This document shows, piece after piece, positions 17,943 through 27,399 of a stretch of 64,000 nt of DNA. Source of the DNA: an uncultured cyanobacterium (GTDB lineage: Bacteria; Cyanobacteriota; Cyanobacteriia; CAKZMO01); the NCBI GenBank assembly GCA_963719515.1, contig CAVRCJ010000001.1, positions 256,001 to 320,000 on the forward strand, read 5' to 3'. Position 1 is the stretch's first letter; each line of letters begins with the position of its first letter. Made by a program: the position numbers and the translations under genes. The notes under the pieces were generated by a model. The model did not search any database and was not told where the DNA came from. It saw only the letters and a list, made by a program, of their open reading frames with translations.

Positions 17943-19832
17943 TTATGATCTAAGATCATTTGCACGACAACGAAGCCCTTCTACTGCATCAATAATTGTC
18001 TTTTGCACCTCACTGCTACCAACACGGATTGCTAGAGCAACAAGGTTTTGGTATTTGTCAAGCCAGCCTTCCCATTCTTTGACATATCCCTCATAAGCAT
18101 CCTCGTAGTCATGTAGAAGTTTACCTGCATGGCTTTGTTTGGCAAAATTAATATGTTGGTTGGATATATCTACAGCTGCTTTGCTACACCTATCGAGAGC
18201 CTCTAGCTTTTGCTGCGCTGCATCTTTGAGTATGGTATTACTTTGTGTAAGATTAGTTGCATTACCAGAATCAAAGTCTAATTCGACTTCTCCGAGAGGC
18301 ATTTGAATCGTAGCCTTCTCAAACATCGGTAATCCGATACTGCGATGCAGCCACTCAAAGGGGAGTACTTTCTCAAGAAAAACACGGTGCTTTTGGGGCC
18401 TGAGATAAGAAATTAAGTTGTCGTCAAACTCGTAGTCAGTCCTATTACTTGGAATTTCAGGAATTGAAACCTCATCACGAATACCGAACCGCTCTTCAAT
18501 CTCTTCAACCCTCACTTTCACTCGAGCAGCAACTGCGTCTGTCCTCTTTTCGAACACGATTCTCACACCTTCTTCGAGATTGGCCAAGTAGTTCTCTACT
18601 TTCTTATTAACAACTTGAGTCCCATACTCCTGAATATGCTGGAATAGCCGATTCATGTAGCTCGCAGGTAGTTCCGATGGATTTGGGAAGGGTAAAGCAA
18701 GGTCACGAGGTTGAATTTTGGGGTACTGAAGGGCTTTGACAACCCCTTCATATAGATGCAATTCCTTTATTTCTTTTGCATGTGCAGGGAGTTCCACTTG
18801 TGACAACTGAATGAGTCGTTCACACAACTTGAGAAGTACTTCTCGATCCTTTCTACATAGGACACCCAATGCGGAAAGAGAGTCAGCGACGCGCTCAAAT
18901 GAGCCAGCCGCAGCAAAAACTCTGCTGTTGCCTGAGATGACTACAAAATCACGAAGAATCTGAGTGAACTCGTACTTATCCTGCCACTTATTTAGAACTG
19001 AGCGGGCGGAGACTGCATATATACGAGCATCATTTGCATTTGCCCCACGATTTTGAAGCTTTTGAACAAATTTACGTTTCAGCTTCTCAAAATACTCAAG
19101 TGATGGATCTTCATCAGCCTTATTCACTATAAATATCGTAGACTTTAGGCGATTTTGAAAGCAATCCGCCAATCCATCGAGACCTCCACTGCCTCTGATT
19201 TCAACCGAGTCAGAGTTGTTAAGGAGCACCAATGCGAGATCAGCTTTCTGTGTCGAGTATCTTTCAGCGAGTAACTGCTGGCGTTTGTTGCCCAAAGTGA
19301 ATCCTGGAACATCTGCAAGATCGATACGCCGTAGGATATCTGTGGGAACACCCACAGTCACACCTTTGAGACGCTTAATATTATCACGGTTATACTCCTC
19401 ATCAAGAAGGCTACGGAGATGCCTTTTTAGTTCAGAAGGATCAAGCCCTTCCAAGTGTATGGCGTGCTGTGGAATTTCTGAGGTTACTTTGAGCTCGTGC
19501 TCTCTAGAGAAACTAACTACTGCGGGAAAAGTTGTGCATGCCTCAACAGGTCCTTCGGGAAGCAAATTGTAGCCAAGTATTGCATTGATGAAGCTAGACT
19601 TACCGCCACCTCTGCCTCCAACAATTGCGACTAAAATCCGGCCATCAGCAACACGCTGAGCAGCTTCCTTTAAATCAGAAACGATTATGTCAGCTGCTGC
19701 TAATGTTGCCTTTGGCAAGCCCTCTGGAAGAATACTGCGGAAGAGTTCCTCGATTTCGTGGGTTGCTGATTCAATTGTGCCAATAGCGCGCTCTTCTCTT
19801 TCTCTTTCTGTAAACTTTTGTGGTTGAGACAT
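17943..19832 (-). CDS. Dynamin-like GTPase
   Basis: G1 GGRGGGKSS, G2 ACTT, G3 DVPG, G4 NKAD, YAVSAR; helical C-terminus. Confidence 0.85.
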   Translation of the reverse strand: MSQPQKFTEREREERAIGTIESATHEIEELFRSILPEGLPKATLAAADIIVSDLKEAAQRVADGRILVAIVGGRGGGKSSFINAILGYNLLPEGPVEACTTFPAVVSFSREHELKVTSEIPQHAIHLEGLDPSELKRHLRSLLDEEYNRDNIKRLKGVTVGVPTDILRRIDLADVPGFTLGNKRQQLLAERYSTQKADLALVLLNNSDSVEIRGSGGLDGLADCFQNRLKSTIFIVNKADEDPSLEYFEKLKRKFVQKLQNRGANANDARIYAVSARSVLNKWQDKYEFTQILRDFVVISGNSRVFAAAGSFERVADSLSALGVLCRKDREVLLKLCERLIQLSQVELPAHAKEIKELHLYEGVVKALQYPKIQPRDLALPFPNPSELPASYMNRLFQHIQEYGTQVVNKKVENYLANLEEGVRIVFEKRTDAVAARVKVRVEEIEERFGIRDEVSIPEIPSNRTDYEFDDNLISYLRPQKHRVFLEKVLPFEWLHRSIGLPMFEKATIQMPLGEVELDFDSGNATNLTQSNTILKDAAQQKLEALDRCSKAAVDISNQHINFAKQSHAGKLLHDYEDAYEGYVKEWEGWLDKYQNLVALAIRVGSSEVQKTIIDAVEGLRCRANDLRS

Positions 19833-20193
19833 AATGAATGGATTTACTACATTCTGTAGCTAGACAGCTAATTTCTAATATGATCTAAATTTTAGGCTCA
19901 CAAAGTAACACACTGTTACCCTAAGATCGGTCTCTATTAGGTTCTCGTTGGCGAAAAAACGCTAGATCTAGATGCATCCAGTGATTTAACATAAGCAGCC
20001 TGGGGTAAATAAACCAAGGTAGAAATGGCTGGAACCCCTGTTCTGACGTCATCCCTACCTCGAATTAATTATCCGTACCTACTTACTGGAATCTTAACAT
20101 TATCGGATAGTGGTATAAACGTTCTATAAAGAACCCACGCGCAGCTTTGTTTACTCAGTCTCTGCAAATACAAAGTGGAAGGACTTTCATTCT

Positions 20194-20280
20194 GCATAAC
20201 GTTCCGGTTGAGCGGCACAGAGCGACCTAAACGATAGACGAAAAAACTCTCAACTGTCCGCTCCAACCGGGTTGTTATGC
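20194..20280 (-). other. attC site
   Basis: Minus GCATAAC-AACCC-GGTTGGAG...CTCAACC-GGAAC-GTTATGC; the upstream gene's TAA lies inside the inverse core. Confidence 0.92.
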
Positions 20281-21408
20281 ATGGTTTCTACGTCTAATTT
20301 CGTCTATCAAACTCATTTTCGCTAGTTCTTCATAACTGTCTATTGAATGCAAAAATGCAATGTTCTTGTTATTAGATTTATCTATCAAATCCATAAGAGC
20401 ATTAGCATTGTTCAACTGCCTTTCAGATAATGATTCAAAATCACCGACTATATTTTCTCTTGTATTAGTATTTATATAGCTGAAAAGCTTGCCCATTAAA
20501 CCAACAAAAACATCTGAAGCCTGAACAAACAAATTGCTTTGCGAATCAATAAAAGAATAATTTTTTATCTCTTGGTTATTATCGATGATCGTATATTTTG
20601 AAATAATTTCCGAAATACTCACCTCATTATCAAAAATGTGCCCTGAATTCTTAAATAAATATATAGGCCTTAGATAAAATTGCGAAAAATTCTCTATTAA
20701 GATATGGTCTTCTTCATCCATTATGAATGGAAGCGAGTTATTTTTCTTTGCTTCTTTAAGTATCTGACTAAGGGATTCTAATCCAAAATGAAATTCTTGC
20801 GTGTCAATGTATTCGTCAAATATTGAAGTTAGTTCTTTAATAAATTCTAAAACTGATTCCTTTTTAAGGTTAGGATAACCAGAATTGTAAAACAGTTCAG
20901 TCACCAAGCCGATTTCAAGTCTCGCAAGTTTGTACAGATCATTCTTTAGATGATTTGAGAAACCTATCCCTAACTGCATTGCTGTTTCTGAGTTTGCAAT
21001 TGCAGAATCAACTATGTCAGCAATAGACCAGTAAAGAATATTTAGGCTCGAATAGTGAATGTATAAATCATGCTCTAAGAGGCATCTCAAAAAGATATTC
21101 AGCTTTTCAGATTTTAAGCAATCGAGAAATTCACCCTTAGCAATGTGCTTGAGCTTTACTTCTACAATATTCTTTTGTAGGTTAAGCTTATCAAACAAAG
21201 GTTTAATGTCAGGTTGGTTTCCTTCATAAACCAAACCGCCTAAAACAAAATTTAAATTAAAAGAAGAATTGAAGTTTTCCCCCCTCACATAGAACTTTCT
21301 AATATTATTCGTTTCGTCATAATAAAAAATGAAAGAACCGTCAAAGTTTGCTGTCGGTGCAAGCATTTTAGCCATACTTCTAACATCGCTGACATCAAAA
21401 TCGATCAT
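20275..21408 (-). CDS. DUF3800-like (RNase H-like) protein, very low GC
   Basis: FYYDETNN...FVLGG...E.K...QASD.F.G pattern. Confidence 0.7.
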   Translation of the reverse strand: MIDFDVSDVRSMAKMLAPTANFDGSFIFYYDETNNIRKFYVRGENFNSSFNLNFVLGGLVYEGNQPDIKPLFDKLNLQKNIVEVKLKHIAKGEFLDCLKSEKLNIFLRCLLEHDLYIHYSSLNILYWSIADIVDSAIANSETAMQLGIGFSNHLKNDLYKLARLEIGLVTELFYNSGYPNLKKESVLEFIKELTSIFDEYIDTQEFHFGLESLSQILKEAKKNNSLPFIMDEEDHILIENFSQFYLRPIYLFKNSGHIFDNEVSISEIISKYTIIDNNQEIKNYSFIDSQSNLFVQASDVFVGLMGKLFSYINTNTRENIVGDFESLSERQLNNANALMDLIDKSNNKNIAFLHSIDSYEELAKMSLIDEIRRRNHA

Positions 21409-21441
21409 TTTCTATCTCTTTCCAATACCTTTCCATACGAC

Positions 21442-21527
21442 GCATAACGTCGAAGCTGAACCGGACCGCCGACTTGGCCGTCGCCGGACGGTTAAGAGGC
21501 GGTGTCTGTTCCAGCGAAGTGTTGTGT
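21442..21527 (-). other. attC site of an ORF-less first cassette
   Basis: Minus ACACAAC-ACTTC-GCTGGAAC...GTTCAGC-TTCGAC-GTTATGC. Confidence 0.85.
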
Positions 21528-21577
21528 TGGCGCTCTCGCTAACAGGGTTCCCGAGCGGCAACATATAGCCTGCGTCG

Positions 21578-21596
21578 ACACAACTATATATTCAAC
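21578..21596 (-). other. attI-like site (unit 3)
   Basis: Minus GTTGAAT-ATATA-GTTGTGT; the core complements the inverse core of the next attC. Confidence 0.75.
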
Positions 21597-21602
21597 GTCA
21601 GA

Positions 21603-21805
21603 TCTGACGGATAACACCCCACTTCCCAGATTTTATCAGGCATATCTGCTGGATAACACCCTACTTCCCGTGATTATCCGCCGCATTTGACATCTAACCT
21701 CGGAAATTCAGGGTGTTATCCGTTACTTTTGCTAGATAACCCTGGTATCTAGAGTGTTATCCATCGCTTTTGCTGGATAACACCACCATATCGGGCGTTA
21801 TCCAG
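21603..21805. promoter_or_regulatory. Array of alternating GGATAAC / GTTATCC motifs (unit 3)
   Basis: About 9 motifs between attI and the intI start. Confidence 0.7.
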
Positions 21806-21814
21806 GAGTTAATT

Positions 21815-21898
21815 ATGCCACCATCACAATCGCCCCGTCTGCTTGACCAGGTAAGACAAGTCCTTCGTACAAAGCGTTACAGCCTCAAAAAAGCCTGA
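21815..21898 (+). pseudogene. intI: Integron integrase 5' remnant
   Basis: AGGAG SD, then MPPSQSPRLLDQVRQVLRTKRYSLKKA*. Confidence 0.75.
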
Positions 21899-21980
21899 GT
21901 CTTCGTAATTGCTGGCCAAAGGCCAATTCCTATTCATCTGCACAAGTTTGCTTCATTACGTGCAGCGATCGCCCCACAGC

Positions 21981-22190
21981 AGAACTCTCAAGCAATTCAG
22001 CAGAACTGCCGAGTCGGTTTACAGAACTGCTGAGCAGCATTTTAGAACTGCCGAGCAAGATCCCAGAACTGCTGAGCAAATTAGCAGCACTAGCCAGCAG
22101 CCCTGTTCAACTCAGCAGCAGCTCAACAGAACTCCAAAGCAGCAATTTAGAACTGTTGAGCAAGTTAGCAGCACTCCCGAGCCGCGATCG
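21981..22190 (+). repeat. Degenerate 21-bp tandem array, 10 units, bounded by HIP1 sites
   Basis: Similar unit for unit to 316-525. Confidence 0.85.
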
Positions 22191-22220
22191 CCCCCCTGGG
22201 CAAAAACCACCCCTACCCTC

Positions 22221-22250
22221 TTGCCAACCTGCGCACAAATGTCCTACCTT
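22221..22250 (+). promoter_or_regulatory. Promoter of module copy 3
   Basis: TTGCCA-N18-TACCTT. Confidence 0.6.
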
Positions 22251-22251
22251 A

Positions 22252-22468
22252 TGGAGCTAAGAGCCGTCCACGGTTCTAGTCTCCCAAAGATTCGGTCTGG
22301 GCGGAGCCGCATGTTGTGACACCAACATGCAGCCCCTAAGCCCCCACGACAGGCATGGGCTGTCGGGACGCCTGGAGTACATGTTACCCGGTCATCCCAC
22401 CTCCCAAAAACGTCGCGGATGTCCGGTCGGCGGGGGACTCCAACACAATTCACAAAATGGAGTCCCTC
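22252..22468 (+). ncRNA. Putative structured leader RNA, copy 3
   Basis: Most diverged copy; stems kept, loops changed. Confidence 0.7.
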
Positions 22469-22843
22469 ATGACAACTCAATATCTTTCGCTGCCCTGCGG
22501 GTCGGCACAGTTTGCAGCGGCCCAAAACCCCGCTGCGGACCAGTCAGCGCTGCGGCTAGACTCGCCCCTAGAAGCTGAACCTGCTATCCCCACGCTAGTC
22601 GAGCCTTCCCCAGCTCCGGGGTGCGTTGGCCCTTCAGGGCCAGTCGAAGACTCACACCTAAGGCACATCATCGTTGGCTCCCCCGAAGGCGTTCGCCACG
22701 CCATCAACCGGCTGCATGTGCTGCAGTACGTTGAGTGGCGTCTGTGGACACCCCTAATCGCCATCGGTGAGCAGGGCCTCCATATCACCCCCGCCCAAGG
22801 GCAAGTGCTCAGCTACCTCGTGCAGCAGCGCCCCATCCGATAG
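22469..22843 (+). CDS. Hypothetical 124-aa protein, copy 3
   Basis: Homologous to copies 1 and 2, with a 9-codon insertion. Confidence 0.8.
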   Translation: MTTQYLSLPCGSAQFAAAQNPAADQSALRLDSPLEAEPAIPTLVEPSPAPGCVGPSGPVEDSHLRHIIVGSPEGVRHAINRLHVLQYVEWRLWTPLIAIGEQGLHITPAQGQVLSYLVQQRPIR

Positions 22844-22970
22844 TCGCCCCTAAAGCGATCGCCCCCCAGGTGCTGACCATGAGGGGCGATCGCCTATTTC
22901 AACAAGCTGTGCCGCGAGCTAGTCTGGCACGCCAAACGTAGCTTTTGCCATCGCGACAGAGAAGAGTGGG

Positions 22971-25900
22971 TTACTCCACCCCCTCAATCCGGTTCTCCAC
23001 CTCCTCATACAGCTCCTGCAGCCGCGCCAGGTTCTCATCACTGGTCTCCCAGTAGCCCCGGCCATTGGCCTCCAGCAGCGTCGTCACCATGCGGCGGAAC
23101 GAGTTGGGGTTGAGGTCCATCAGCCGCTTCTGCATCGCCTCATCCTTAATAAAGGTGTCGTTGGCGTCCTCATAGACGAAGTTGTCCACCGCGTCCGCCG
23201 TCGCCGACCAGCCCATGGTGTTCACCATCCGCTTCGACAGCTCCCGCACGCCTTCGTAGCCGTGGTTGAGCATGCCCTCATACCACTTGGGGTTGAGCAG
23301 CTTGGTGCGGGCGTCTAGGCGCACCGTCTCCGACAGGGTGCGCACCTGGGCGTTGGCGGTGGTGGTGTCGGCAATGTAGGCGGCGGGCTTTTTGCCGTCT
23401 GCCCGCAGGCTAGCCACCACCTTGGTGGGGTCGGAGTCAAAGTAGTGGGAGACGTCGGTGAGGGAGATTTCCGAGGAGTCCAGGTTTTGGAAGGTGGCGT
23501 CCACGGTTTTGAGGGCCGTCTCCAGCACGCCGCGAGACTCGTCCATCACGCCGGGGTTGTCGGAGTTGAAGGCGAAGGATTTGCGCTTTAGGTACATTTC
23601 CTGCAGCTCCTGCTCCTCTTCCCAGGTGCTGTTTTCCACCGCCAGGCTGATGTTAGCGGAGTAAGAGCCCGAGGCATTGGAGAAAACGCGGGTCGCGGCC
23701 TGACGCAGGTTGACCCCCATATCTTCCGCCTGCTTCAGTGCATGCTTGCGGACAAAGTTCATCTCTAGGGGCTCCACGGCTTCTGCCGCCATCTTCACGC
23801 CCTTGTCCAGCAGCGCCATTTGGTTAATGAACAGGTCTCGGAACACCCCGGAGCAGTTGACCACCACGTCCACGCGGGGGCGACCCAGCTCCTCTAGGGG
23901 AATCAGCTCTAGCTTGTTCACCCGGCCCAGGGAGTCGGGCACGGGGCGCACGCCCACCAGCATCATCACCTGGGCCAAAGATTCGCCGTAGGTCTTGATG
24001 TTGTCGGTGCCCCAAAGGACGAAGGCAATGGTCTCGGGGTATTTGCCGTCGTTCTCTTGCTTTTGTCGCTCCAGCAGCCGCTCTACTACGACTTTGGCCG
24101 ACTGTACCGCCGCCGTGGTGGGAATGGACTGCGGGTCTAGGGCGTGGATATTTTTGCCCGTAGGCAGCACCGCCGGGTTGCGGATGGGGTCGCCGCCGGG
24201 GCCGGGGAGCACGTAGCGCCCCTCTAAACCTTGCAGCAGAGCGCCCAGCTCGTTGTCGGCCACCACCTGCTTCAGGCAGAACTCCAGGAACTCCAGCAGC
24301 GGCTTCAGGTCGTCGGCGCTGACGTTGGGGTAGCCCGACTGGTGCAGAGACTCCATCCAAGGCGCTTTACGGCCCATATTAAGGAAGTTGAGCTTCGTCA
24401 CCTTGGAGACCCGGCCCTCGGCGTCGGTCTGCTCTTTCACCATGGCGGCGATCGCCTTGCGCACCGCTTCGCTGACGTCGTTGAGCAGCTGCACGTCGTC
24501 CAGCGCGCCGCGATCGCTGTTGAGGTAGATCTCTTCGATATCTCGGCCTAGACTCTCGGCGATGATGCGGGGCATGCTCTTCATGCCTTCCTCCTGGCGG
24601 TCCAGCCCGGCGATGTTTACCAGGGTGGCGATCGCCTCTGTGGCGGTGGGGGGCTCGCCGATCACATGTAGGCCGCAGGGCAGCAGCCGCGACTCGATTT
24701 CCATCAGCTTGATGTACACCTTGCCCACCAGGGTGTCACGGTCTTCGCTAGAGAGCGTCTTGACGTCCTCCGGCAGCGTGATGTCCTTATCCAGGTTCAC
24801 CAACCGGCTCTTTTCGACGATGGCGGCGGCGATCGCCTCTCCCCGTCCGGTGTCCTTGAGGGTTTGGTAGGAGCCGATGAGGTCGCTCAGCTCTTTGAGC
24901 CCCTTGTACAGGCCCGCGTTCTCCGCCGGGGGGGTCAGGTAGCTGATGGTCTCCGCATAGGAGCGCCGCTTGGCGATGGTGGCCTCGGAAGGGTTGTTGG
25001 CCGCGTAGTAGTAGAGGTTAGGGGTGCTGCCGATCAGGCTGTCGGGGTAGCAGTCCCCAGACATGCCCATCTGCTTACCGGGCATGAACTCCAGGGAGCC
25101 GTGGGTGCCAAAGTGCAGTACCGCGTCCGCCTTCCAGATTTTTTCTAGATAGGTGTAGTAGGCGGCGAAGCCGTGGTGAGGGCTGGCGGAGCGGGAGAAC
25201 AGCAGCCGCATGGGGTCACCCTCGTAGCCGAAGGTGGGCTGCACGCCGATGAACAGGTTGCCGAAATGCTTGCCGTAGACAAGCAGGTTTTGGCCATCGC
25301 TATTCAGGTTGCCGGGGGCCGGTCCCCAGTTCTCCTCTAGCTTTTTGGAGTAGGGCGTCAGCCGCTCATACTCGGGCACCGACATCCGGTAGGCCACGTT
25401 GAGCTCGGGGCTGTTGTACTGAGCCTGGGCGTCGTGAATGACCTCCAGCATCAGCGCTTCGGCAGACTCGGGCAGTTCGGGAACGTCGTAGCCGTTGTTC
25501 TTCAGGGCTTCCATCACCCGGTAGATGGAGCCGAATACGTCTAGGTAGGCGGCGGTGCCTACGTTGCCTTTGTCCGGCGGGAAGCTAAAGACCGTAATGG
25601 CTACCTTCTTTTGCAGCTTGGACAACCGCCGCAGGTTGGCCCACTTTAGGGCCCGCTGCGAAATCGCCTCCACGCGGTCCTGGAGGGCGATCGCCTTGCC
25701 GGTGCTGCCGTCGCGGCCCGACAGGATAATCGGCTCAATAGCGCCGTCTAGCTCGGGGATGGCGATCTGCAGCGCCACCTGAATAGGGTGCAGGCCGAGT
25801 TCGCTGCCCTCCCACTCTTCGGTAGTTTGAAACACCAGGGGCAGGGCCACCATGTAGGGGCAGTCCAGCCGCTTCAGGGTGTCGATGGCTTTGGGGTGGT

Positions 25901-26951
25901 CCTGGCGGGCGGGGCCGCCCACGAGGGCGAAGCCGGTCAGGGAGACTACCGTGTCGACGATGGCCCGGTCTTTGAGGAGGGGATCGAAGAAGAAGGCCTC
26001 TACCGGCTTAGAGAAATCTAGGCCACCCGAGAACACGGGAATTACCTTGGCTCCCATGCACTCCAGCTCCTGCACCATGGCCACGTAGTGGGCATCGTCG
26101 CCGGTGACCAGGTGGGTGCGCTGCAGCACCAGGCCCACGCAGGGCGCTAGCGGGTCCTTGAGGTCATCGCCAATGTCGGGGCGAGACTGATGCCAGTTGA
26201 GGTACTCCTTGACGTCCTCAAACATGGTGGGGGCCAGGGGGTGCCAGATGCCGATGTCGGGGTAGGTGACGGGGTCTTGGTAGCCGATGGCGGAGCCGTC
26301 GGGGGCCTGGACATTGCCGTAGCGGTCCACCAGCATCAGCAAAAAGTTTTCTAGGTTCTCCGAGGAGCCCCCCAGCCAGTACTGGAAGCTGAGCATGAAG
26401 TTGCGGGCGTCCTGGGCCTTCTCCACAGGCAGGTACTTGAGCACCTTGGGCAGGGTGCGCAGCAGTTTGAGCATCGCGTCCTGGAAGCTGCTGCCCGAAT
26501 TCTCCTTGCGCTTCTTCATAAAGGAGGCGATCGCGCTCTTAGACTGGCCCAGCTGCGCCATGGAGAAGCTGCCCAGCTTGTTGAGGCGCATCACCTGGGG
26601 CATGGAGGGAAAGACGATGGCGGCGTCGAGGCGATCGCGGTGGGGCTGCACGGCTTCGACCACCTTTTCGGCCAGATCTTCAATGAAAATCAGCGAGGCG
26701 ATGAAGATATTGGCCTTGGCGACATCGTTCTGAAAGGCCTCGTAGTTCTCGGGGCTGCGCAGCTCTTCGAGGAGGTAGCCGCTGATCTCGATGGCGACGT
26801 TGGGATTGTTGAGGTTAATGGAGCGGACGGCTGCCGACAGGGCACTTTGGTACTGCGGTTCCAGCACGACATAGACCACATTGATCAGAGCACGTCCCTT
26901 GAGATCATCTGGTGCGATATGTCTGACAGTGGGCTTGACGTGGGTAAACAT
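22971..26951 (-). CDS. chlH: Magnesium chelatase subunit H
   Basis: MFTHVK start, [27 protein letters not shown]; 1326 aa. Confidence 0.98.
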   Translation of the reverse strand: MFTHVKPTVRHIAPDDLKGRALINVVYVVLEPQYQSALSAAVRSINLNNPNVAIEISGYLLEELRSPENYEAFQNDVAKANIFIASLIFIEDLAEKVVEAVQPHRDRLDAAIVFPSMPQVMRLNKLGSFSMAQLGQSKSAIASFMKKRKENSGSSFQDAMLKLLRTLPKVLKYLPVEKAQDARNFMLSFQYWLGGSSENLENFLLMLVDRYGNVQAPDGSAIGYQDPVTYPDIGIWHPLAPTMFEDVKEYLNWHQSRPDIGDDLKDPLAPCVGLVLQRTHLVTGDDAHYVAMVQELECMGAKVIPVFSGGLDFSKPVEAFFFDPLLKDRAIVDTVVSLTGFALVGGPARQDHPKAIDTLKRLDCPYMVALPLVFQTTEEWEGSELGLHPIQVALQIAIPELDGAIEPIILSGRDGSTGKAIALQDRVEAISQRALKWANLRRLSKLQKKVAITVFSFPPDKGNVGTAAYLDVFGSIYRVMEALKNNGYDVPELPESAEALMLEVIHDAQAQYNSPELNVAYRMSVPEYERLTPYSKKLEENWGPAPGNLNSDGQNLLVYGKHFGNLFIGVQPTFGYEGDPMRLLFSRSASPHHGFAAYYTYLEKIWKADAVLHFGTHGSLEFMPGKQMGMSGDCYPDSLIGSTPNLYYYAANNPSEATIAKRRSYAETISYLTPPAENAGLYKGLKELSDLIGSYQTLKDTGRGEAIAAAIVEKSRLVNLDKDITLPEDVKTLSSEDRDTLVGKVYIKLMEIESRLLPCGLHVIGEPPTATEAIATLVNIAGLDRQEEGMKSMPRIIAESLGRDIEEIYLNSDRGALDDVQLLNDVSEAVRKAIAAMVKEQTDAEGRVSKVTKLNFLNMGRKAPWMESLHQSGYPNVSADDLKPLLEFLEFCLKQVVADNELGALLQGLEGRYVLPGPGGDPIRNPAVLPTGKNIHALDPQSIPTTAAVQSAKVVVERLLERQKQENDGKYPETIAFVLWGTDNIKTYGESLAQVMMLVGVRPVPDSLGRVNKLELIPLEELGRPRVDVVVNCSGVFRDLFINQMALLDKGVKMAAEAVEPLEMNFVRKHALKQAEDMGVNLRQAATRVFSNASGSYSANISLAVENSTWEEEQELQEMYLKRKSFAFNSDNPGVMDESRGVLETALKTVDATFQNLDSSEISLTDVSHYFDSDPTKVVASLRADGKKPAAYIADTTTANAQVRTLSETVRLDARTKLLNPKWYEGMLNHGYEGVRELSKRMVNTMGWSATADAVDNFVYEDANDTFIKDEAMQKRLMDLNPNSFRRMVTTLLEANGRGYWETSDENLARLQELYEEVENRIEGVE

Positions 26952-27399
26952 TCAGAAAGTCTCCTCATTACAGGTGCGTAGAATGCGATCGGCGTGAGCC
27001 GCTGACGGTTCGCTGAGAGGATGTCGATCACTCTGCTGCTGCTGCGCTAGCCGAAGCGTCAGCTCGGGCATTCACTTGTTGTTTGTATCAAAAATTCGAT
27101 GTCAGAATCTCACACCTCGGTTCATCTGACACAATTTGATATAAAAAACGAGACACTTTTTCAGAAAAATTAGCCTAATGCAATACAGGCGCTCACGAAA
27201 TGTATCGTTCTGTGAAGCCCCTTGACGCCGTACCATAGCAAATATCCTGATGCATTAGGACATTTATGCGTTTTGCCTACACAACGTCTGTTTACACAAC
27301 GTCAGGCCTTCAGCCGATTCTGGTGCCCTGAGCAACTGAACCAATGCAATACATCAGCAAGCAACCTCTTTCCACTGGTCCCCAACGCCTAAGCCCGCC

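Noticed and set aside
23458..26981. Many alternative-frame ORFs inside chlH and other core genes
   Set aside because: Shadow ORFs caused by high GC at third codon positions.
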